Shown here one piece after another: positions 9,627 to 18,100 of a stretch of 64,000 nucleotides of DNA. Each line of letters starts with the position of its first letter. The stretch's first letter is position 1. The position numbers and the translations under genes are program-made. The notes beneath the pieces are model-generated. The model saw only the letters and a program-made list of their open reading frames with translations, was not told the DNA's origin and searched no databases. Source of the DNA: an uncultured Clostridia bacterium (GTDB lineage Bacteria > Bacillota > Clostridia > TANB77 > CAG-465); contig CALXBS010000001.1 of assembly GCA_944386605.1 (NCBI GenBank), positions 29,718 through 93,717 on the forward strand, in the 5' to 3' direction.

Positions 9627-9655
9627 TTGACAAAAACATGTTATCATGGTATAAT
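9627..9655 (+). promoter_or_regulatory. sigma-A promoter of adhesin 1
   Basis: TTGACA (9627-9632), 17 nt spacer, TGgTATAAT (9647-9655). About 140 nt of leader containing the hairpin GCTAAAAT...ATTTTAGC. Confidence 0.6.
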
Positions 9656-9795
9656 TAAAATAGATTTGTACGTTTATAGTGGCTAAAATTAAATTACTTA
9701 TTTGATTTTAGCTATATTTATGATATAATATTCTTGCATAAGTAAAATATAATATAATATTTTAATATATTTTAATATATTAGGGAGGTATTAAA

Positions 9796-12700
9796 ATGAA
9801 AGTATTAGAAAGATTAAAGGGAATAAAAAACATAAAAATGAAAGTAGTAACGATACTTATGCTAATCGTTTTAATGTCATTGCAATTAACACCTTTTACG
9901 TTGCTTGCAACCGCAACACAGTTGCAGTTTTATAGTCCAGGACTAATAACTCCTGCAACAGATGTAGCATATGGAAAAAACGTATTCTTTACTAATGCGA
10001 CTTTAGGTGGTGATACAGCATACTGTGTAGACTATGGTAGATCATTGCCTACAGGTACAATGACGTATTATAAGCAATTATCAGCACAAGGTGTGTCAAT
10101 TTTAGTATATGGTTATCCAAATACATCACCTGCAGAAATGGGATGTGCGTCAGCAGATGAAGCATATATGGCAACTCAGTTAGCGTTTTGGACAGTATTA
10201 CAAAAAACAGGTGAATCAGAAGGACCAAGAACATTTAATTTGGATAATATATATGCAAAACCAGGATATGAAGAATTTATGCAAAGAGCAGCTGCTGCAG
10301 CAAGAAGACTTAATGCAAGAGCACTAGCAGATCCATATATTCCAAATCCTGAGCTAAATGTAGATTCAAGTAGTGCAAAATTGGTAAATAGTAATGGTGA
10401 AATTATTACAGGACCATATGTACTAAATGTAACAGGTGGAACTGTGTCATCTATAAAAGTGTCTCTTTCAGGAGCACCAACATCAGCAAGAACAACTGAT
10501 GGAAATGGAAATAGTAAATCAACATTTTCAAATGGAGAAGCTGTATATGTAAGATTTAATCAAAATGAAACAGGATCAACCATGAGATTAAATGTAGAAG
10601 CAGATACAAACAAAGTAGTAGGAAGTATATATACATCAGGAAATAGTAGTGTACAAAACTTTGTAAAATTGGATACAGTACCTGTAGAATTATCAACATA
10701 TGTAGATATAAGATGGGGAACACAAACAGGAGCAATAGAAATATACAAAGTAGACCAAGACGATAATGAAGTAGAGGGAGTAACATTTGAATTAAGAAAT
10801 GAAGATGGAGAAACATTAGCAGAAGGAACAACAGGAAGTAACGGATATATAAAATTTTCAAATGTACAACCAGGAAGATATGAATTGGTAGAAGTAGATG
10901 CGCCATCAGAATATGAGATGAGAGAAGATCCAATAGAGGTAACAGTAGAAGCAAATCAAACAATCAGAAAAACAATCGAAAATAAAAGAAAAGAAGTAGA
11001 AGGATCATTAGAAATTAAAAAAGTAGATGAAGAAGGAAAAGCAATTCCAAATGTAACATTTGAGATATTAGATGAAGATAGAAACAAAATCGGAGAAATA
11101 ACAACAGATGAAAACGGAAGAGCCAAAATAAGTAACTTAGAAGTAGGAACATACTATTATAGGGAAATAAAAGCGCCAGTAAATGTAATAGTAGATAAAA
11201 CTGTAAAAGAATTTAAAATAACAAAAAGTAATAGAAATGTAGTAGAAGAAGTAGTAAATGAAAAAGTAAAAGGATCATTACAAATTATAAAAGTAGACGA
11301 ATCAAATGAACCAATAGCAGGAGTAAAATTTGATATACTAGACAGTAATAAGAAAGTAATAGAAACAATAACCACAAATGCAAGTGGAGTAGCAGTATCA
11401 AAAGATTTAACTCCAGGCACCTATTATTATAAAGAAGTAGAGGCTCCAAGTAATGTTACAATGGATACAAATGAGTATGAATTTAAAATAGAATCAACAG
11501 GTCAAATAATTACAAAAACAGTAGTTAATAAGGTGGCTAAAGGAAAATTAGAAATTCATAAAGTAGATAGTACAAATACTCCAATAGCAGGGGTAAAATT
11601 CAATATATTAGATAGCAATAAAAATGTAATTCAAACAATAACAACAAACGAAAATGGTATAGCTACTTCAAAAGACTTACCAATTGGAACCTATTACTAT
11701 AAAGAAGTAGAAGCACCAAGTAATGTTGTAATGGATACAAATGAATATGAATTTAGATTATCAAGTAATAATCAAGTATTAGCTAAAACAGTAGTAAACC
11801 AAGTAGCAAAAGGAAAATTAGAAATTCATAAAGTAGATAATACTAATAAACCAATAGCAGGAGTAAAATTTGATATATTAGATAGTAACAAAAATGTGAT
11901 AGAAACCATTGTCACAGATGAGAATGGTATAGCTACTTCAAAGGATTTAGCGCCAGGAACCTATTACTATAAAGAAGTAGAAGCACCAAGTAATGTTATC
12001 ATGGACACAAAAGAATATGAATTTAGAATTTCTGGTTCTAATCAAGTGGTTACAAAAACTGTAGTTAACCAAGTTGTAAATGGCAAATTAGAAATTCATA
12101 AAGTAGACAATACTAATAAACCAATAGCAGGTGTAAAATTTGATATCTTAGATAGCAATAAAAATGTAATTCAAACAATAACAACAAACGAAAATGGTAT
12201 AGCTACTTCAAAAGACTTACCACTTGGAACATACTATTACAAAGAAGTGGAAGCACCAAGTAATGTTATTATGGATACAAAAGAATATGAATTTAGAATT
12301 TCAAGTGCTAACCAAGTCATTACTAAAACAGTAGTTAACCAAATAGCAAATGGTAAATTAGAAATTCACAAAGTAGATAATACAAATGCTCCAATAGCCG
12401 GAGTAAAATTTGAAATTCTAGATAGCAATAAAAATGTAATAGAAACCATTGTTACAGATGAAAATGGTATAGCTACTTCAAAAGATTTACCACTTGGAAC
12501 ATATTATTACAGAGAAGTAGAAGCGCCAAGTAATGTCGTAATGGATACAAAAGAATATGAATTTAGAATTTCAAGTGCTAACCAAGTAATTACAAAAACA
12601 GTAGTTAACCAAATTATAAATGGTAGACTAGAAATTACTAAGGTAAATAATGAAAATGAACCAATTGAAGGTGTAAAATTTGAAATTTTAGATAGTAACA

Positions 12701-13566
12701 AAAATGTGATAGAAACCATTGTTACAGATGAAAATGGTAAAGCTACTTCAAAAGATTTACCAATTGGAACTTATTACTACAGAGAAGTAGAAGCTCCAGA
12801 TAATGTATATATGGATACAAAAGAATACAAATTTAAGATTACAGAAACAAATACTGTTATTGTAAAAACAGTGGTTAATAAATTAATAGAAGGAAGTTTA
12901 AAAATTATCAAAGTAGATGAAAATGATACTCCATTAAAAGGTGTAAAATTTGAAATCTTAGATAGTGATAAAAAAGTAGTAGATACGATTGTAACAGACA
13001 AAGATGGTATAGCTGTATCTAAAAAATTACCAATTGGAACATACTATTATAGAGAGGTAGAAGCACCTGATACAGTTGTTATGGATACTACAGAACATAA
13101 ATTTGTATTAAATGAAACAAATCAATTAATTGTAAAGAAAATTGTAAATAATCTTGCAACTGGAAAACTAGAGATTTTAAAACTTGATAAAGATAAAAAT
13201 ACTCCAATAGAGGGTGTAAAATTTGAAATTTATAATGAAAATGAGGAATTGGTAGATACTATTATAACAGATAAAGATGGTAAAGCAGTATCAAAAGATT
13301 TACCAATTGGAACTTACTTCTTTAAAGAAGTAGAAGCTCCAGATTCATATATTATGGATTCTAATACATATAAATTTAAGATTTCATCAGCAAATCAAAT
13401 CATTCATAAAACAGTGTATAACGAAAAAGAAAAACTTCCTGTAACAGGTGGTATGATTAGTACAGATGTTATGATTGTTATTGCAGTAGCTGTTTTAAGT
13501 ATACTTGGATATGTTGTGATGAATGCACTTTCAATAAAAAAGGAAAAAAATAATCAAAATATGTAA
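9796..13566 (+). CDS. LPXTG-anchored thioester-domain (TQXA) surface adhesin, 10 stalk domains
   Basis: Signal peptide ending LLATA. Cys77 in AYCVDYG (10024-10026) and Gln128 in ATQLAFW (10177-10179) form the thioester-domain signature. Then 10 units of about 90 aa (G.L.I.KVD...PI.GVKF.ILD...GTYYYKEVEAP...KTVVN) of SpaA-like/Cna-B isopeptide type. LPVTG (13435-13449), hydrophobic helix, KKEK tail. Confidence 0.9.
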   Translation: MKVLERLKGIKNIKMKVVTILMLIVLMSLQLTPFTLLATATQLQFYSPGLITPATDVAYGKNVFFTNATLGGDTAYCVDYGRSLPTGTMTYYKQLSAQGVSILVYGYPNTSPAEMGCASADEAYMATQLAFWTVLQKTGESEGPRTFNLDNIYAKPGYEEFMQRAAAAARRLNARALADPYIPNPELNVDSSSAKLVNSNGEIITGPYVLNVTGGTVSSIKVSLSGAPTSARTTDGNGNSKSTFSNGEAVYVRFNQNETGSTMRLNVEADTNKVVGSIYTSGNSSVQNFVKLDTVPVELSTYVDIRWGTQTGAIEIYKVDQDDNEVEGVTFELRNEDGETLAEGTTGSNGYIKFSNVQPGRYELVEVDAPSEYEMREDPIEVTVEANQTIRKTIENKRKEVEGSLEIKKVDEEGKAIPNVTFEILDEDRNKIGEITTDENGRAKISNLEVGTYYYREIKAPVNVIVDKTVKEFKITKSNRNVVEEVVNEKVKGSLQIIKVDESNEPIAGVKFDILDSNKKVIETITTNASGVAVSKDLTPGTYYYKEVEAPSNVTMDTNEYEFKIESTGQIITKTVVNKVAKGKLEIHKVDSTNTPIAGVKFNILDSNKNVIQTITTNENGIATSKDLPIGTYYYKEVEAPSNVVMDTNEYEFRLSSNNQVLAKTVVNQVAKGKLEIHKVDNTNKPIAGVKFDILDSNKNVIETIVTDENGIATSKDLAPGTYYYKEVEAPSNVIMDTKEYEFRISGSNQVVTKTVVNQVVNGKLEIHKVDNTNKPIAGVKFDILDSNKNVIQTITTNENGIATSKDLPLGTYYYKEVEAPSNVIMDTKEYEFRISSANQVITKTVVNQIANGKLEIHKVDNTNAPIAGVKFEILDSNKNVIETIVTDENGIATSKDLPLGTYYYREVEAPSNVVMDTKEYEFRISSANQVITKTVVNQIINGRLEITKVNNENEPIEGVKFEILDSNKNVIETIVTDENGKATSKDLPIGTYYYREVEAPDNVYMDTKEYKFKITETNTVIVKTVVNKLIEGSLKIIKVDENDTPLKGVKFEILDSDKKVVDTIVTDKDGIAVSKKLPIGTYYYREVEAPDTVVMDTTEHKFVLNETNQLIVKKIVNNLATGKLEILKLDKDKNTPIEGVKFEIYNENEELVDTIITDKDGKAVSKDLPIGTYFFKEVEAPDSYIMDSNTYKFKISSANQIIHKTVYNEKEKLPVTGGMISTDVMIVIAVAVLSILGYVVMNALSIKKEKNNQNM
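9870..11321 (+). repeat. 1,452-bp direct repeat, copy A (identical to 15202-16653)
   Basis: Offset is exactly 5,332 bp. Last upstream mismatch is at 9869, first downstream mismatch at 11322 (A versus G at 16654). Spot-checked line by line; the encoded proteins and the antisense shadow ORFs are identical. Near-identity continues to about 11600. Confidence 0.85.
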
Positions 13567-13580
13567 GAATTTACAATCTA

Positions 13581-13607
13581 GGGCATCCAGATAGGGTGTC
13601 CTTTTTT
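13581..13607 (+). terminator. weak intrinsic terminator after adhesin 1
   Basis: GGGCATCCagataGGGTGTCC (8-bp stem including two G-U pairs) followed by TTTTTT. It ends 14 nt before the sigma gene start. Confidence 0.6.
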
Positions 13608-13621
13608 ATGGGAGTTTGCAT

Positions 13622-14146
13622 ATGTTAGAAATGATAGAAAAAGCTAGAAAAGGGGATAAAGAGGCTTTTATTAATTTAATAAAGCTTGTAGAAAAAAAGC
13701 TATATGTGATTGCAAGATCACGCTTAAATAATGAAGAGGATATAAAAGACGCTGTTCAGGAAACTATATTTTTGTTATATAAAAATATTCCAAAATTAAA
13801 GGATATTCAAAAATTTAATGGGTATATGGCAAAAATTATGATAAATAGTTGTAATAAAATAGTGATAAAAAAAGGTAAACATATTTCTTATGATGTAGTT
13901 CAAAATGAAGAGTTTTTGATAGAAAAAGATAAATATGAAGATATTGATAAGAAACTAGATTTTTTTACAATTATTTCTTTTTTAGAAGTAGAAGAAAGAA
14001 CACTGATATCTATGTATTATTCCGATGATTATACGACAAAAGAAATTAGTAAAATATTAAAGATGAATGAAAGTACAATTAGGAGTAAAATAAAAAGAAT
14101 AAAAGAAAAGCTAAAACAAAGATATGGAGAGGAGGGAATAGAATGA
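13622..14146 (+). CDS. ECF-type sigma-70 family RNA polymerase sigma factor
   Basis: About 175 aa with regions 2 and 4 only: DAVQETIFLLYKNIPKL (region 2) and EERTLISMYYSDDYTTKEISKILKMNESTIRSKIKRIKEKL (region 4 HTH). ATG 13622 follows GGGAG; a TTG at 13616 is the alternative start. Confidence 0.85.
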   Translation: MLEMIEKARKGDKEAFINLIKLVEKKLYVIARSRLNNEEDIKDAVQETIFLLYKNIPKLKDIQKFNGYMAKIMINSCNKIVIKKGKHISYDVVQNEEFLIEKDKYEDIDKKLDFFTIISFLEVEERTLISMYYSDDYTTKEISKILKMNESTIRSKIKRIKEKLKQRYGEEGIE

Positions 14147-14955
14147 AACCTGAAGATAAACTAGATCAATGGATGAAAGAAAAGTACCAAGAAATGAAGA
14201 TTCCTTTAGATTTAGAAAAAGACTTTTTTGAAAAGTTAGAAAAGAAGGATGATAAGTCAAAGGTGCAATACTTAAAGTATGTAGCGATTATTCTGTTTAT
14301 TTGTGCAATCATAGCAACTACTGTAATTATTGTAAATATAGTAAAGAATCATGATAATCCAGAGGAATTAATAGCAGAAGAAAATGAAGAATATCAAGTT
14401 GCTTTAAAAATTGATCAAGCATGTTACGAAAAGATGGATGGATATAGCTATTTTGTATCTTCTTCAAGTATTGCGCAAGCAGTAGAATCAGCTGATATTA
14501 TTGCGATTGTAAAAATAGTGACGATAGAAGATATTCAAATGTATAGCGAAAATCTTGGAGAAACAAGAGGAAAGTTGTTAATGAATACGGTTCTAAAAGG
14601 GGACGCTATTCCCGGCGATATGATGGTATATAGAAATATAGGAAGCTATATTATTTTAAAAGAAGAATATAGAGATCGAATCATAACGGATATATCACAA
14701 GATATATATTCTCGTATGGAAAATCAAAGTCAGAATGATGTTGAACCAGGTAAAACATATCTAGCACATATACGCTTTGAGCATGGAGTTGGTACAACAG
14801 GATATGGAAAAGGAAGTCTTATGGAAATTTTAAATATCTCTCAACAAAATAAGATGAGTGTAGAAGAGTATGATTTAAATGAATTGATTTTCTATAATAA
14901 CGAATTACAACAAACACAGACAGTTCAAGAATATATAGAAGAATATTTAAAGTAA
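14143..14955 (+). CDS. putative anti-sigma factor, single-pass membrane protein
   Basis: ATGA start/stop overlap with the sigma gene. About 55-aa cytoplasmic N-terminus with no Cys or His (so not a ZAS type), one TM helix (YVAIILFICAIIATTVIIVNIV), and a roughly 200-aa extracytoplasmic domain of unrecognised family. Confidence 0.5.
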   Translation: MKPEDKLDQWMKEKYQEMKIPLDLEKDFFEKLEKKDDKSKVQYLKYVAIILFICAIIATTVIIVNIVKNHDNPEELIAEENEEYQVALKIDQACYEKMDGYSYFVSSSSIAQAVESADIIAIVKIVTIEDIQMYSENLGETRGKLLMNTVLKGDAIPGDMMVYRNIGSYIILKEEYRDRIITDISQDIYSRMENQSQNDVEPGKTYLAHIRFEHGVGTTGYGKGSLMEILNISQQNKMSVEEYDLNELIFYNNELQQTQTVQEYIEEYLK

Positions 14956-14979
14956 ACGTGCTTGCACGTTTCTTTTTTT
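14954..14979 (+). terminator. intrinsic terminator of sigma/anti-sigma unit
   Basis: AAACGTGCttGCACGTTT followed by CTTTTTTT. Confidence 0.8.
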
Positions 14980-15145
14980 ACTAAATAAAAAACCATTTTA
15001 ACTGAGAAAATACGTATATTCAGTTAAATGTAATAAAAATGAAATATATACATCACAAAATTGTAACAATTCATTGATTTTCTTAGAGAAATATGATAAA
15101 ATATATTATGTAATGTAGTAATAACGTGGTAACGGAGGTATTAAA

Positions 15146-18100
15146 ATGAAAGGAATAAAAAATATAAAAGTAAAGATAGCGAGTATATTTATGTTAATTG
15201 CTTTAATGTCATTGCAATTAACACCTTTTACGTTGCTTGCAACCGCAACACAGTTGCAGTTTTATAGTCCAGGACTAATAACTCCTGCAACAGATGTAGC
15301 ATATGGAAAAAACGTATTCTTTACTAATGCGACTTTAGGTGGTGATACAGCATACTGTGTAGACTATGGTAGATCATTGCCTACAGGTACAATGACGTAT
15401 TATAAGCAATTATCAGCACAAGGTGTGTCAATTTTAGTATATGGTTATCCAAATACATCACCTGCAGAAATGGGATGTGCGTCAGCAGATGAAGCATATA
15501 TGGCAACTCAGTTAGCGTTTTGGACAGTATTACAAAAAACAGGTGAATCAGAAGGACCAAGAACATTTAATTTGGATAATATATATGCAAAACCAGGATA
15601 TGAAGAATTTATGCAAAGAGCAGCTGCTGCAGCAAGAAGACTTAATGCAAGAGCACTAGCAGATCCATATATTCCAAATCCTGAGCTAAATGTAGATTCA
15701 AGTAGTGCAAAATTGGTAAATAGTAATGGTGAAATTATTACAGGACCATATGTACTAAATGTAACAGGTGGAACTGTGTCATCTATAAAAGTGTCTCTTT
15801 CAGGAGCACCAACATCAGCAAGAACAACTGATGGAAATGGAAATAGTAAATCAACATTTTCAAATGGAGAAGCTGTATATGTAAGATTTAATCAAAATGA
15901 AACAGGATCAACCATGAGATTAAATGTAGAAGCAGATACAAACAAAGTAGTAGGAAGTATATATACATCAGGAAATAGTAGTGTACAAAACTTTGTAAAA
16001 TTGGATACAGTACCTGTAGAATTATCAACATATGTAGATATAAGATGGGGAACACAAACAGGAGCAATAGAAATATACAAAGTAGACCAAGACGATAATG
16101 AAGTAGAGGGAGTAACATTTGAATTAAGAAATGAAGATGGAGAAACATTAGCAGAAGGAACAACAGGAAGTAACGGATATATAAAATTTTCAAATGTACA
16201 ACCAGGAAGATATGAATTGGTAGAAGTAGATGCGCCATCAGAATATGAGATGAGAGAAGATCCAATAGAGGTAACAGTAGAAGCAAATCAAACAATCAGA
16301 AAAACAATCGAAAATAAAAGAAAAGAAGTAGAAGGATCATTAGAAATTAAAAAAGTAGATGAAGAAGGAAAAGCAATTCCAAATGTAACATTTGAGATAT
16401 TAGATGAAGATAGAAACAAAATCGGAGAAATAACAACAGATGAAAACGGAAGAGCCAAAATAAGTAACTTAGAAGTAGGAACATACTATTATAGGGAAAT
16501 AAAAGCGCCAGTAAATGTAATAGTAGATAAAACTGTAAAAGAATTTAAAATAACAAAAAGTAATAGAAATGTAGTAGAAGAAGTAGTAAATGAAAAAGTA
16601 AAAGGATCATTACAAATTATAAAAGTAGACGAATCAAATGAACCAATAGCAGGGGTAAAATTCGATATACTAGACAGTAATAAGAAAGTAATAGAAACAA
16701 TAACCACAAATGCAAGTGGAGTGGCGGTATCAAAAGATTTACCAATTGGAACCTATTATTACAAAGAAGTAGAGGCTCCAAGTAATGTTGTAATGGATAC
16801 AAATGAGTATGAATTTAAAATAGAATCAACAGGTCAAATAATTACAAAAACAGTAGTAAACAAAGTGGCCAAAGGAAAATTAGAAATTCATAAAGTAGAT
16901 AATACAAATACTCCAATAGCAGGTGTAAAATTTAATATACTAGATAGTAATAAAAATGTAGTAGATACGATTGTTACAAATGCAAGTGGAGTAGCGGTAT
17001 CAAAAGATTTACCAATTGGAACCTATTACTATAAGGAAGTAGAAGCTCCAAGTAATGTTGTAATGGATACTAACGAATATGAATTTAAATTAACAAGTAA
17101 TGAACAAGTATTGGTAAAAACAGTAATCAATGATTTACAAAAAGGTTCTATTCAAATTTTTAAAATAGATAGTGAAAGAACTCCAATTCCTGGTGTTACT
17201 TTTCAAATATTAGATAGTAATAAAAATGTAATAGATACAATTATTACTGATGAAAATGGTAAGGCTTCTTCTAAAGAGTTAGAGCCAGGAACTTATTATT
17301 ACAAAGAGTTTAAAGCACCAGCAAATGTTGTTTTAGATGATCAAGAATATGAATTTAGAATTAGTGGAACAACAATTGTTGAAAAAACAGTGGTTAATCA
17401 AATTGCTAAGGGAAAAATAAAAATTGTAAAAGTAGATAATACTAGTACCCCAATAGCAGGAGTAAAATTTGATATCTTAGATAGCAATAAAAACGTAGTA
17501 GATACGATTGTTACAGATGAAAATGGTATTGCAATATCTGATAATTTAAAATTAGGAACTTATTATTACAAAGAAGTAGAAGCTCCAAGTGATGTGATTA
17601 TGGATACTAATGAATATACATTTAAGCTTTCTTATAACACGCAAGTAATCGAGAAAAGAGTAATCAACCAAAAAGTAAAAGGAGCTATTGAAATATATAA
17701 ATATGATGAAAATGCTACTCCAATAGCTGGAGTAAAATTTGATATCTTAGATAGTAACAAAAAGGTAGTAGATACGATTGTTACTGATGAAAATGGTAAA
17801 GCAGTTTCTAGTATGTTAGAAGTTGGAACTTATTATTATAAAGAAGTAGAAGCTCCAAGTAATGTTATTATGGATTCTACAGAACATGCTTTTATCATAA
17901 CAGAAACAAATGTTGTGGTGAAAAAGACAGTTGTTAACCAACTTGCAAAAGGAAATTTAAAAATAATTAAGGTAGATGAAAATGCAACTCCAATAGCCGG
18001 AGTAACATTTGAAATATTAGATAGTAATAAAACAGTAGTAGATACTATTATTACAGATGAAAATGGTATAGCTACTTCAAAAGATTTACCACTTGGAACC

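Noticed and set aside
9564-9795. Possible invertible phase-variation switch upstream of the adhesins (as for clostridial cwpV-type genes); also examined 14980-15145 and 20296-20490
   Set aside because: I found only short hairpins with small loops (GCTAAAAT/ATTTTAGC; TTAACTGA/TCAGTTAA). No ~20-bp inverted repeats flank a 100-300 bp segment, and there is no adjacent recombinase. xerD at 37.5 kb sits in its normal chromosomal context.
10049-13001. Minus-strand ORFs inside adhesin 1 (10049-10234, 10556-10963, 10560-10748, 11157-11420, 12507-12719, 12777-13001), with their exact counterparts in adhesin 2 (15381-16802) and similar ones in adhesin 3 (21111-21683, 27318-27506)
   Set aside because: These are antisense shadows of long, A-rich, repetitive coding sequence. 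Their translations are low-complexity (L/F/I/S-rich), they have no RBS, and they recur only because the sense-strand repeat recurs.
11300-13430. Regular ~270-bp periodicity that could be mistaken for a repeat array or CRISPR
   Set aside because: The period is one 90-aa protein domain and lies entirely inside one continuous ORF. The units are diverged throughout rather than having conserved short repeats with unique spacers. There are no cas genes.
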